A stretch of 62,942 nt of DNA, the filler included, from Nemertoderma westbladi (taxonomy: Eukaryota; Animalia; Xenacoelomorpha): NCBI GenBank assembly GCA_032718475.1. It is 3 parts of 3 records of this genome, joined end to end, with 100 filler letters (N's around TTAATTAATTAA, not from the genome) between each part and the next. Parts side by side here need not be neighbours in the genome. Positions count along the whole stretch, not along the records: positions 45,194 to 62,942 come from JAUCBJ010003458.1; 2 more parts are not named here. The stretch is one strand, 5' to 3'. Under the pieces are notes generated by a model that did no database searches, was not told where the DNA came from, and saw nothing but the letters and a program-made list of their open reading frames with translations. This document shows positions 46,467 through 60,300 of the stretch, one piece after another; within the stretch, counting starts at the first letter, position 1; every line of letters starts with the position of its first letter. A program made the position numbers and the translations under genes.

Positions 46467-47948
46467 ATGTCAGCTACAAAGAGCCAGCGCATAAGGAAAC
46501 GTTACGTAGACCAACCGTTAGACAATATGAACCACTCAGAACCCCACGATCCCACTCCCGGGGGAACCTCAATACAAATCGACGTATTCGAGCCGACCAA
46601 CACGAATAACCTCACGACAACCGATCTTCTAACTCATTACTCATCGGACGACTCATCAGAAACCTCGCGTTTAATCAGCATCCCAGCCACCTTCCACTCA
46701 CACCCGGCTGCCCCCCGCGAGTCTATACTAACAGTGGGTATCCAAGTGATCTTCCCTTTCATGATAGCCGGTTTCGGTATGGTCGCCGCTGGTCTAGTAC
46801 TCGACGTAGTCCAACACTGGCCCGTGTACGTGTCAATCACCGAGATATTCATCATGGTTCCCGCGTTACTCGGACTCAAAGGCAACTTGGAGATGACGAT
46901 GGCTTCTCGCTTATCGACAGCCGCTAATCTCGGAGCTTTCGACCGCGGTAGCCAGGAAACATGGCCTATGATTCTATCTAACTTAGCGTTAACGCAAGTA
47001 CAAGCGTTAGTAGTAGGTCTGCTTGCTGCTGTAGCCGCTCTCACAATACACTGGATCCCCCACGGATCGTTCTCCCTCACCAACGCGTTGGTACTCTGCT
47101 CATCGAGCATGGCGACAGCCTCGGTAGCTAGCGGTCTCCTCGGCGTGGTCATGGCCACAGTAGTCGTCGTTTCCCGCAGATACAGCATCAACCCAGACAA
47201 CGTGGCGACCCCGATAGCCGCATCGTTAGGCGACCTAACCACCATATCCCTCCTCTCCATTATATCTTCAACTCTATTCACTGTAACTCAATCCTCCGCT
47301 ATTTGGCCCTGCATTGCAACTCTCTCCGCTCTCGTCTCCTTACTCCCACTGTGCGTGTTCTACTCCCACCGCAGTCCGCACACTAAACAGGTACTCGCCA
47401 GCGGCTGGACCCCGGTTATCCTCGCTATGATCGTCTCCAGTCTCGGCGGCCTCATCCTCGACATCACGGTCTCCGCCTTTAAAGGTTTCGCCCTGTACAA
47501 CCCGATTATTAACGGAGTCGGCGGCAACGTGGCCGCGGTCCAGGCCAGCCGGATCTCCACCGCGTTGCACCGTGTAGCGCCTCCGGCGGCGGCCCCCCGC
47601 ACCGACTACCGCTACCGCTTCTGCGACTACCCCCATTGCCGCACCGCCTTTCTGCTCCTGTGTCTCGTAGTTTTCGGACAGGCCGTGTTCTTCCTCGTCG
47701 TCTCCGGGCTGCAGGCCGGCCACACGCCCCCTAGCGCCACCCTTTTCGCGGTCTACATCGCCTCGGCGGTCCTCCAATGCGTCATCCTGCTGCTCACCGC
47801 CGATTGGCTGGTCTACTGGCTGTGGTCCCGCGGCCTCGACCCCGACAACGCGGCCATCCCCTACCTAACCGCCCTAGGCGATGTATCCGGCACCGGATTC
47901 CTCAGTTTGGGTTTTAATTTTATGAAATTAATTAAAGTTCCCACCTAA
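46467..47948 (+). CDS. SLC41A: SLC41-family (MgtE-related) magnesium transporter, single coding exon, 493 aa
   Basis: Two MgtE repeats with hallmark motifs PALLGLKGNLEMTMASRLSTAANLG, INPDNVATPIAASLGDL, PIINGVGGNVAAVQASRIST and LDPDNAAIPYLTALGD. About 10-11 hydrophobic segments. ATG to TAA uninterrupted. Paralog number cannot be assigned. Confidence 0.95.
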   Translation: MSATKSQRIRKRYVDQPLDNMNHSEPHDPTPGGTSIQIDVFEPTNTNNLTTTDLLTHYSSDDSSETSRLISIPATFHSHPAAPRESILTVGIQVIFPFMIAGFGMVAAGLVLDVVQHWPVYVSITEIFIMVPALLGLKGNLEMTMASRLSTAANLGAFDRGSQETWPMILSNLALTQVQALVVGLLAAVAALTIHWIPHGSFSLTNALVLCSSSMATASVASGLLGVVMATVVVVSRRYSINPDNVATPIAASLGDLTTISLLSIISSTLFTVTQSSAIWPCIATLSALVSLLPLCVFYSHRSPHTKQVLASGWTPVILAMIVSSLGGLILDITVSAFKGFALYNPIINGVGGNVAAVQASRISTALHRVAPPAAAPRTDYRYRFCDYPHCRTAFLLLCLVVFGQAVFFLVVSGLQAGHTPPSATLFAVYIASAVLQCVILLLTADWLVYWLWSRGLDPDNAAIPYLTALGDVSGTGFLSLGFNFMKLIKVPT

Positions 47949-48314
47949 TTAAATATTCCGAATGACGTCATTACTATTTATAGATGGTTTGGTTATCTAT
48001 TTATTTATTGGGTTTTGGATTTTTCTTTATTTTTTTATAAATTTATACGAGAAACTGAAAGTTTATAGAGACAGAAACCGGTTCCCACTAACCACCAGCG
48101 GGAACTAAGTCGACATTTATTTGTCTCAGAATTTCGCCATATATTTTTGTACAGCAGTAGTTCCTTATTTTGCACAGACTCGGTTCAGTAGCTCCTTAAA
48201 CCCGTAATTATTGGTGCAATCCTACCAGCATTAGCTTGATTTATCTATCTTATCGTCTAGGGGCAGTTCTTTGGGATGTTTTTGTGTTATTCCGGGCCTC
48301 ATTATGTGTCGGGA

Positions 48315-51300
48315 GCCAATATAACTAGCCATAGAATACCGTTAACTGTTCGATAACTCCGCAGCCAATATAACTAGCCATAGAATACCGTTAACTGTTC
48401 GATAACTCCGCAGCCAATATAACTAGCCATAGAATACCGTTAACTGTTCGATAACTCCGCAGCCAATATAACTAGCCATAGAATACCGTTAACTGTTCGA
48501 TAACTCCGCAGCCAATATAACTAGCCATAGAATACCGTTAACTGTTCGATAACTCCGCAGCCAATATAACTAGCCATAGAATACCGTTAACTGTTCGATA
48601 ACTCCGCAGCCAATATAACTAGCCATAGAATACCGTTAACTGTTCGATAACTCCGCAGCCAATATAACTAGCCATAGAATACCGTTAACTGTTCGATAAC
48701 TCCGCCGCAGCCAATATAACTAGCCATAGAATACCGTTAACTGCTCGATAACTCCGCAGCCAATATAACTAGCCATAGAATACCGTTAACTGCTCGATAA
48801 CTCCGCAGCCAATATAACTAGCCATAGAATACCGTTAACTGCTCGATAACTCCGCGGCCAATATAACTAGCCATAGAATACCGTTAACTGTTCGATAACT
48901 CCGCCGCAGCCAATATAACTAGCCATAGAATACCGTTAACTGTTCGATAACTCCGCCGCAGCCAATATAACTAGCCATAGAATACCGTTAACTGCTCGAT
49001 AACTCCGCAGCCAATATAACTAGCCATAGAATACCGTTAACTGTTCGATAACTCCGCAGCCAATATAACTAGCCATAGAATACCGTTAACTGCTCGATAA
49101 CTCCGCAGCCAATATAACTAGCCATAGAATACCGTTAACTGCTCGATAACTCCGCGGCCAATATAACTAGCCATAGAATACCGTTAACTGTTCGATAACT
49201 CCGCAGCCAATATAACTAGCCATAGAATACCGTTAACTGTTCGATAACTCCGCAGCCAATATAACTAGCCATAGAATACCGTTAACTGTTCGATAACTCC
49301 GCAGCCAATATAACTAGCCATAGAATACCGTTAACTGTTCGATAACTCCGCAGCCAATATAACTAGCCATAGAATACCGTTAACTGTTCGATAACTCCGC
49401 AGCCAATATAACTAGCCATAGAATACCGTTAACTGTTCGATAACTCCGCAGCCAATATAACTAGCCATAGAATACCGTTAACTGTTCGATAACTCCGCAG
49501 CCAATATAACTAGCCATAGAATACCGTTAACTGTTCGATAACTCCGCAGCCAATATAACTAGCCATAGAATACCGTTAACTGCTCGATAACTCCGCAGCC
49601 AATATAACTAGCCATAGAATACCGTTAACTGTTCGATAACTCCGCAGCCAATATAACTAGCCATAGAATACCGTTAACTGTTCGATAACTCCGCAGCCAA
49701 TATAACTAGCCATAGAATACCGTTAACTGTTCGATAACTCCGCAGCCAATATAACTAGCCATAGAATACCGTTAACTGTTCGATAACTCCGCGGCCAATA
49801 TAACTAGCCATATAATACCGTTAACTGCTCGATAACTCCGCAGCCAATATAACTAGCCATAGAATACCGTTAACTGCTCGATAACTCCGCAGCCAATATA
49901 ACTAGCCATAGAATACCGTTAACTGTTCGATAACTCCGCAGCCAATATAACTAGCCATAGAATACCGTTAACTGTTCGATAACTCCGCAGCCAATATAAC
50001 TAGCCATAGAATACCGTTAACTGCTCGATAACTCCGCAGCCAATATAACTAGCCATAGAATACCGTTAACTGTTCGATAACTCCGCGGCCAATATAACTA
50101 GCCATAGAATACCGTTAACTGCTCGATAACTCCGCCGCAGCCAATATAACTAGCCATAGAATACCGTTAACTGCTCGATAACTCCGCAGCCAATATAACT
50201 AGCCATAGAATACCGTTAACTGTTCGATAACTCCGCAGCCAATATAACTAGCCATAGAATACCGTTAACTGCTCGATAACTCCGCGGCCAATATAACTAG
50301 CCATAGAATACCGTTAACTGCTCGATAACTCCGCCGCAGCCAATATAACTAGCCATAGAATACCGTTAACTGCTCGATAACTCCGCAGCCAATATAACTA
50401 GCCATAGAATACCGTTAACTGTTCGATAACTCCGCAGCCAATATAACTAGCCATAGAATACCGTTAACTGCTCGATAACTCCGCGGCCAATATAACTAGC
50501 CATAGAATACCGTTAACTGCTCGATAACTCCGCCGCAGCCAATATAACTAGCCATAGAATACCGTTAACTGCTCGATAACTCCGCCGCAGCCAATATAAC
50601 TAGCCATAGAATACCGTTAACTGCTCGATAACTCCGCGGCCAATATAACTAGCCATAGAATACCGTTAACTGCTCGATAACTCCGCCGCAGCCAATATAA
50701 CTAGCCATAGAATACCGTTAACTGCTCGATAACTCCGCAGCCAATATAACTAGCCATAGAATACCGTTAACTGTTCGATAACTCCGCAGCCAATATAACT
50801 AGCCATAGAATACCGTTAACTGCTCGATAACTCCGCAGCCAATATAACTAGCCATAGAATACCGTTAACTGTTCGATAACTCCGCAGCCAATATAACTAG
50901 CCATAGAATACCGTTAACTGCTCGATAACTCCGCAGCCAATATAACTAGCCATAGAATACCGTTAACTGCTCGATAACTCCGCAGCCAATATAACTAGCC
51001 ATAGAATACCGTTAACTGCTCGATAACTCCGCAGCCAATATAACTAGCCATAGAATACCGTTAACTGTTCGATAACTCCGCAGCCAATATAACTAGCCAT
51101 AGAATACCGTTAACTGCTCGATAACTCCGCGGCCAATATAACTAGCCATAGAATACCGTTAACTGCTCGATAACTCCGCAGCCAATATAACTAGCCATAG
51201 AATACCGTTAACTGCTCGATAACTCCGCCGCAGCCAATATAACTAGCCATAGAATACCGTTAACTGCTCGATAACTCCGCAGCCAATATAACTAGCCATA

Positions 51301-54300
51301 GAATACCGTTAACTGCTCGATAACTCCGCGGCCAATATAACTAGCCATAGAATACCGTTAACTGTTCGATAACTCCGCAGCCAATATAACTAGCCATAGA
51401 ATACCGTTAACTGCTCGATAACTCCGCGGCCAATATAACTAGCCATAGAATACCGTTAACTGCTCGATAACTCCGCAGCCAATATAACTAGCCATAGAAT
51501 ACCGTTAACTGCTCGATAACTCCGCAGCCAATATAACTAGCCATAGAATACCGTTAACTGCTCGATAACTCCGCAGCCAATATAACTAGCCATAGAATAC
51601 CGTTAACTGCTCGATAACTCCGCAGCCAATATAACTAGCCATAGAATACCGTTAACTGCTCGATAACTCCGCCGCAGCCAATATAACTAGCCATAGAATA
51701 CCGTTAACTGCTCGATAACTCCGCAGCCAATATAACTAGCCATAGAATACCGTTAACTGCTCGATAACTCCGCGGCCAATATAACTAGCCATAGAATACC
51801 GTTAACTGCTCGATAACTCCGCCGCAGCCAATATAACTAGCCATAGAATACCGTTAACTGCTCGATAACTCCGCAGCCAATATAACTAGCCATAGAATAC
51901 CGTTAACTGCTCGATAACTCCGCAGCCAATATAACTAGCCATAGAATACCGTTAACTGCTCGATAACTCCGCAGCCAATATAACTAGCCATAGAATACCG
52001 TTAACTGCTCGATAACTCCGCGGCCAATATAACTAGCCATAGAATACCGTTAACTGCTCGATAACTCCGCAGCCAATATAACTAGCCATAGAATACCATT
52101 AACTGCTCGATAACTCCGCAGCCAATATAACTAGCCATAGAATACCGTTAACTGCTCGATAACTCCGCAGCCAATATAACTAGCCATAGAATACCGTTAA
52201 CTGTTCGATAACTCCGCAGCCAATATAACTAGCCATAGAATACCGTTAACTGCTCGATAACTCCGCGGCCAATATAACTAGCCATAGAATACCGTTAACT
52301 GCTCGATAACTCCGCAGCCAATATAACTAGCCATAGAATACCGTTAACTGCTCGATAACTCCGCCGCAGCCAATATAACTAGCCATAGAATACCGTTAAC
52401 TGCTCGATAACTCCGCAGCCAATATAACTAGCCATAGAATACCGTTAACTGCTCGATAACTCCGCGGCCAATATAACTAGCCATAGAATACCGTTAACTG
52501 TTCGATAACTCCGCAGCCAATATAACTAGCCATAGAATACCGTTAACTGCTCGATAACTCCGCGGCCAATATAACTAGCCATAGAATACCGTTAACTGCT
52601 CGATAACTCCGCAGCCAATATAACTAGCCATAGAATACCATTAACTGCTCGATAACTCCGCAGCCAATATAACTAGCCATAGAATACCGTTAACTGCTCG
52701 ATAACTCCGCAGCCAATATAACTAGCCATAGAATACCATTAACTGCTCGATAACTCCGCAGCCAATATAACTAGCCATAGAATACCGTTAACTGCTCGAT
52801 AACTCCGCCGCAGCCAATATAACTAGCCATAGAATACCGTTAACTGCTCGATAACTCCGCAGCCAATATAACTAGCCATAGAATACCGTTAACTGCTCGA
52901 TAACTCCGCGGCCAATATAACTAGCCATAGAATACCGTTAACTGCTCGATAACTCCGCCGCAGCCAATATAACTAGCCATAGAATACCGTTAACTGCTCG
53001 ATAACTCCGCAGCCAATATAACTAGCCATAGAATACCGTTAACTGCTCGATAACTCCGCAGCCAATATAACTAGCCATAGAATACCGTTAACTGCTCGAT
53101 AACTCCGCAGCCAATATAACTAGCCATAGAATACCGTTAACTGCTCGATAACTCCGCGGCCAATATAACTAGCCATAGAATACCGTTAACTGCTCGATAA
53201 CTCCGCAGCCAATATAACTAGCCATAGAATACCATTAACTGCTCGATAACTCCGCAGCCAATATAACTAGCCATAGAATACCGTTAACTGCTCGATAACT
53301 CCGCAGCCAATATAACTAGCCATAGAATACCGTTAACTGCTCGATAACTCCGCAGCCAATATAACTAGCCATAGAATACCGTTAACTGCTCGATAACTCC
53401 GCGGCCAATATAACTAGCCATAGAATACCGTTAACTGTTCGATAACTCCGCAGCCAATATAACTAGCCATAGAATACCGTTAACTGCTCGATAACTCCGC
53501 GGCCAATATAACTAGCCATAGAATACCGTTAACTGCTCGATAACTCCGCAGCCAATATAACTAGCCATAGAATACCATTAACTGCTCGATAACTCCGCAG
53601 CCAATATAACTAGCCATAGAATACCGTTAACTGCTCGATAACTCCGCAGCCAATATAACTAGCCATAGAATACCATTAACTGCTCGATAACTCCGCAGCC
53701 AATATAACTAGCCATAGAATACCGTTAACTGCTCGATAACTCCGCCGCAGCCAATATAACTAGCCATAGAATACCGTTAACTGCTCGATAACTCCGCAGC
53801 CAATATAACTAGCCATAGAATACCGTTAACTGCTCGATAACTCCGCGGCCAATATAACTAGCCATAGAATACCGTTAACTGCTCGATAACTCCGCCGCAG
53901 CCAATATAACTAGCCATAGAATACCGTTAACTGCTCGATAACTCCGCAGCCAATATAACTAGCCATAGAATACCGTTAACTGCTCGATAACTCCGCGGCC
54001 AATATAACTAGCCATAGAATACCGTTAACTGCTCGATAACTCCGCAGCCAATATAACTAGCCATAGAATACCGTTAACTGCTCGATAACTCCGCGGCCAA
54101 TATAACTAGCCATAGAATACCGTTAACTGCTCGATAACTCCGCAGCCAATATAACTAGCCATAGAATACCGTTAACTGCTCGATAACTCCGCGGCCAATA
54201 TAACTAGCCATAGAATACCGTTAACTGCTCGATAACTCCGCAGCCAATATAACTAGCCATAGAATACCGTTAACTGCTCGATAACTCCGCAGCCAATATA

Positions 54301-57300
54301 ACTAGCCATAGAATACCGTTAACTGCTCGATAACTCCGCGGCCAATATAACTAGCCATAGAATACCGTTAACTGCTCGATAACTCCGCCGCAGCCAATAT
54401 AACTAGCCATAGAATACCGTTAACTGCTCGATAACTCCGCAGCCAATATAACTAGCCATAGAATACCGTTAACTGCTCGATAACTCCGCAGCCAATATAA
54501 CTAGCCATAGAATACCGTTAACTGCTCGATAACTCCGCAGCCAATATAACTAGCCATAGAATACCGTTAACTGCTCGATAACTCCGCAGCCAATATAACT
54601 AGCCATAGAATACCGTTAACTGCTCCATAACTCCGCAGCCAATATAACTAGCCATAGAATACCGTTAACTGCTCGATAACTCCGCAGCCAATATAACTAG
54701 CCATAGAATACCGTTAACTGCTCGATAACTCCGCGGCCAATATAACTAGCCATAGAATACCGTTAACTGTTCGATAACTCCGCAGCCAATATAACTAGCC
54801 ATAGAATACCGTTAACTGCTCGATAACTCCGCAGCCAATATAACTAGCCATAGAATACCGTTAACTGCTCGATAACTCCGCAGCCAATATAACTAGCCAT
54901 AGAATACCGTTAACTGCTCGATAACTCCGCAGCCAATATAACTAGCCATAGAATACCGTTAACTGTTCGATAACTCCGCAGCCAATATAACTAGCCATAG
55001 AATACCGTTAACTGCTCGATAACTCCACAGCCAATATAACTAGCCATAGAATACCGTTAACTGCTCGATAACTCCGCGGCCAATATAACTAGCCATAGAA
55101 TACCGTTAACTGCTCGATTACTCCGCGGCCAATATAACTAGCCATAGAATACCATTAACTGCTCGATAACTCCGCAGCCAATATAACTAGCCATATAATA
55201 CCGTTAACTGCTCGATTACTCCGCGGCCAATATAACTAGCCATAGAATATCATTAACTGCTCGATAACTCCGCAGCCAATATAACTAGCCATATAATACC
55301 GTTAACTGCTCGATAACTCCGCGGCCAATATAACTAGCCATAGAATACCGTTAACTGCTCGATAACTCCGCAACCAATATAACTAGCCATAGAATACCGT
55401 TAACTGCTCGATAACTCCGCAGCCAATATAACTAGCCATAGAATACCGTTAACTGCTCGATAACTCCGCAACCAATATAACTAGCCATAGAATACCGTTA
55501 ACTGATCGATAACTCCGCGGCCAATATAACTAGCCATAGAATACCGTTAACTGCTCGATAACTCCGCAACCAATATAACTAGCCATAGAATACCGTTAAC
55601 TGCTCGATAACTCCGCGGCCAATATAACTAGCCATAGAATACCGTTAACTGCTCGATAACTCCGCGGCCAATATAACTAGCCATAGAATACCGTTAACTG
55701 CTCGATAACTCCGCGGCCAATATAACTAGCCATAGAATACCGTTAACTGCTCGATAACTCCGCGGCCAATATAACTAGCCATAGAATACCGTTAACTGCT
55801 CGATAACTCCGCAACCAATATAACTAGCCATAGAATACCGTTAACTGCTCGATAACTCCGCAGCCAATATAACTAGCCATAGAATACCGTTAACTGTTCG
55901 ATAACTCCGCAGCCAATATAACTAGCCATAGAATACCGTTAACTGCTCGATAACTCCGCAGCCAATATAACTAGCCATAGAATACCGTTAACTGCTCGAT
56001 AACTCCGCGGCCAATATAACTAGCCATAGAATACCGTTAACTGCTCGATAACTCCGCAGCCAATATAACTAGCCATATAATACCGTTAACTGTTCGATAA
56101 CTCCGCAGCCAATATAACTAGCCATAGAATACCGTTAACTGCTCGATAACTCCGTAGCCAATATAACTAGCCATAGAATACCATTAACTGCTCGATAACT
56201 CCGCGGCCAATATAACTAGCCATAGAATACCGTTAACTGCTCGATAACTCCGCAGCCAATATAACTAGCCATAGAATACCGTTAACTGTTCGATAACTCC
56301 GCGGCCAATATAACTAGCCATAGAATACCGTTAACTGCTCGATAACTCCGCAGCCAATATAACTAGCCATAGAATACCGTTAACTGCTCGATAACTCCGC
56401 GGCCAATATAACTAGCCATAGAATACCGTTAACTGCTCGATAACTCCGCAGCCAATATAACTAGCCATAGAATACCATTAACTGCTCGATAACTCCGCAG
56501 CCAATATAACTAGCCATAGAATACCGTTAACTGTTCGATAACTCCGCCGCAGCCAATATAACTAGCCATAGAATACCGTTAACTGCTCGATAACTCCGCA
56601 GCCAATATAACTAGCCATAGAATACCGTTAACTGTTCGATAACTCCGCGGCCAATATAACTAGCCATAGAATACCGTTAACTGCTCGATAACTCCACAGC
56701 CAATATAACTAGCCATAGAATACCGTTAACTGTTCGATAACTCCGCAGCCAATATAACTAGCCATAGAATACCGTTAACTGCTCGATAACTCCGCGGCCA
56801 ATATAACTAGCCATAGAATACCGTTAACTGCTCGATAACTCCGCAGCCAATATAACTAGCCATAGAATACCGTTAACTGCTCGATAACTCCGCCGCAGCC
56901 AATATAACTAGCCATAGAATACCGTTAACTGCTCGATAACTCCGCAGCCAATATAACTAGCCATAGAATACCGTTAACTGTTCGATAACTCCGCAGCCAA
57001 TATAACTAGCCATAGAATACCGTTAACTGCTCGATAACTCCGCGGCCAATATAACTAGCCATAGAATACCGTTAACTGCTCGATAACTCCGCAGCCAATA
57101 TAACTAGCCATAGAATACCGTTAACTGCTCGATAACTCCGCGGCCAATATAACTAGCCATAGAATACCGTTAACTGCTCGATAACTCCGCAGCCAATATA
57201 ACTAGCCATAGAATACCGTTAACTGCTCGATAACTCCGCAGCCAATATAACTAGCCATAGAATACCGTTAACTGCTCGATAACTCCGCAGCCAATATAAC

Positions 57301-60300
57301 TAGCCATAGAATACCGTTAACTGCTCGATAACTCCGCGGCCAATATAACTAGCCATAGAATACCGTTAACTGCTCGATAACTCCGCAGCCAATATAACTA
57401 GCCATAGAATACCATTAACTGCTCGATAACTCCGCAGCCAATATAACTAGCCATAGAATACCGTTAACTGCTCGATAACTCCGCAGCCAATATAACTAGC
57501 CATAGAATACCGTTAACTGTTCGATAACTCCGCAGCCAATATAACTAGCCATAGAATACCGTTAACTGCTCGATAACTCCGCGGCCAATATAACTAGCCA
57601 TAGAATACCGTTAACTGCTCGATAACTCCGCAGCCAATATAACTAGCCATAGAATACCGTTAACTGCTCGATAACTCCGCCGCAGCCAATATAACTAGCC
57701 ATAGAATACCGTTAACTGCTCGATAACTCCGCAGCCAATATAACTAGCCATAGAATACCGTTAACTGCTCGATAACTCCGCGGCCAATATAACTAGCCAT
57801 AGAATACCGTTAACTGTTCGATAACTCCGCAGCCAATATAACTAGCCATAGAATACCGTTAACTGCTCGATAACTCCGCGGCCAATATAACTAGCCATAG
57901 AATACCGTTAACTGCTCGATAACTCCGCAGCCAATATAACTAGCCATAGAATACCATTAACTGCTCGATAACTCCGCAGCCAATATAACTAGCCATAGAA
58001 TACCGTTAACTGCTCGATAACTCCGCAGCCAATATAACTAGCCATAGAATACCATTAACTGCTCGATAACTCCGCAGCCAATATAACTAGCCATAGAATA
58101 CCGTTAACTGCTCGATAACTCCGCCGCAGCCAATATAACTAGCCATAGAATACCGTTAACTGCTCGATAACTCCGCAGCCAATATAACTAGCCATAGAAT
58201 ACCGTTAACTGCTCGATAACTCCGCGGCCAATATAACTAGCCATAGAATACCGTTAACTGCTCGATAACTCCGCCGCAGCCAATATAACTAGCCATAGAA
58301 TACCGTTAACTGCTCGATAACTCCGCAGCCAATATAACTAGCCATAGAATACCGTTAACTGCTCGATAACTCCGCAGCCAATATAACTAGCCATAGAATA
58401 CCGTTAACTGCTCGATAACTCCGCAGCCAATATAACTAGCCATAGAATACCGTTAACTGCTCGATAACTCCGCGGCCAATATAACTAGCCATAGAATACC
58501 GTTAACTGCTCGATAACTCCGCAGCCAATATAACTAGCCATAGAATACCATTAACTGCTCGATAACTCCGCAGCCAATATAACTAGCCATAGAATACCGT
58601 TAACTGCTCGATAACTCCGCAGCCAATATAACTAGCCATAGAATACCGTTAACTGCTCGATAACTCCGCAGCCAATATAACTAGCCATAGAATACCGTTA
58701 ACTGCTCGATAACTCCGCGGCCAATATAACTAGCCATAGAATACCGTTAACTGTTCGATAACTCCGCAGCCAATATAACTAGCCATAGAATACCGTTAAC
58801 TGCTCGATAACTCCGCGGCCAATATAACTAGCCATAGAATACCGTTAACTGCTCGATAACTCCGCAGCCAATATAACTAGCCATAGAATACCATTAACTG
58901 CTCGATAACTCCGCAGCCAATATAACTAGCCATAGAATACCGTTAACTGCTCGATAACTCCGCAGCCAATATAACTAGCCATAGAATACCATTAACTGCT
59001 CGATAACTCCGCAGCCAATATAACTAGCCATAGAATACCGTTAACTGCTCGATAACTCCGCCGCAGCCAATATAACTAGCCATAGAATACCGTTAACTGC
59101 TCGATAACTCCGCAGCCAATATAACTAGCCATAGAATACCGTTAACTGCTCGATAACTCCGCGGCCAATATAACTAGCCATAGAATACCGTTAACTGCTC
59201 GATAACTCCGCCGCAGCCAATATAACTAGCCATAGAATACCGTTAACTGCTCGATAACTCCGCAGCCAATATAACTAGCCATAGAATACCGTTAACTGCT
59301 CGATAACTCCGCGGCCAATATAACTAGCCATAGAATACCGTTAACTGCTCGATAACTCCGCAGCCAATATAACTAGCCATAGAATACCGTTAACTGCTCG
59401 ATAACTCCGCGGCCAATATAACTAGCCATAGAATACCGTTAACTGCTCGATAACTCCGCAGCCAATATAACTAGCCATAGAATACCGTTAACTGCTCGAT
59501 AACTCCGCGGCCAATATAACTAGCCATAGAATACCGTTAACTGCTCGATAACTCCGCAGCCAATATAACTAGCCATAGAATACCGTTAACTGCTCGATAA
59601 CTCCGCAGCCAATATAACTAGCCATAGAATACCGTTAACTGCTCGATAACTCCGCGGCCAATATAACTAGCCATAGAATACCGTTAACTGCTCGATAACT
59701 CCGCCGCAGCCAATATAACTAGCCATAGAATACCGTTAACTGCTCGATAACTCCGCAGCCAATATAACTAGCCATAGAATACCGTTAACTGCTCGATAAC
59801 TCCGCAGCCAATATAACTAGCCATAGAATACCGTTAACTGCTCGATAACTCCGCAGCCAATATAACTAGCCATAGAATACCGTTAACTGCTCGATAACTC
59901 CGCAGCCAATATAACTAGCCATAGAATACCGTTAACTGCTCCATAACTCCGCAGCCAATATAACTAGCCATAGAATACCGTTAACTGCTCGATAACTCCG
60001 CAGCCAATATAACTAGCCATAGAATACCGTTAACTGCTCGATAACTCCGCGGCCAATATAACTAGCCATAGAATACCGTTAACTGTTCGATAACTCCGCA
60101 GCCAATATAACTAGCCATAGAATACCGTTAACTGCTCGATAACTCCGCAGCCAATATAACTAGCCATAGAATACCGTTAACTGCTCGATAACTCCGCAGC
60201 CAATATAACTAGCCATAGAATACCGTTAACTGCTCGATAACTCCGCAGCCAATATAACTAGCCATAGAATACCGTTAACTGTTCGATAACTCCGCAGCCA

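Noticed and set aside
46637-47777. Antisense ORFs over SLC41 (214, 145 and 80 aa)
   Set aside because: Shadow ORFs expected from GC-rich codon usage on the sense strand, with no recognisable motifs.
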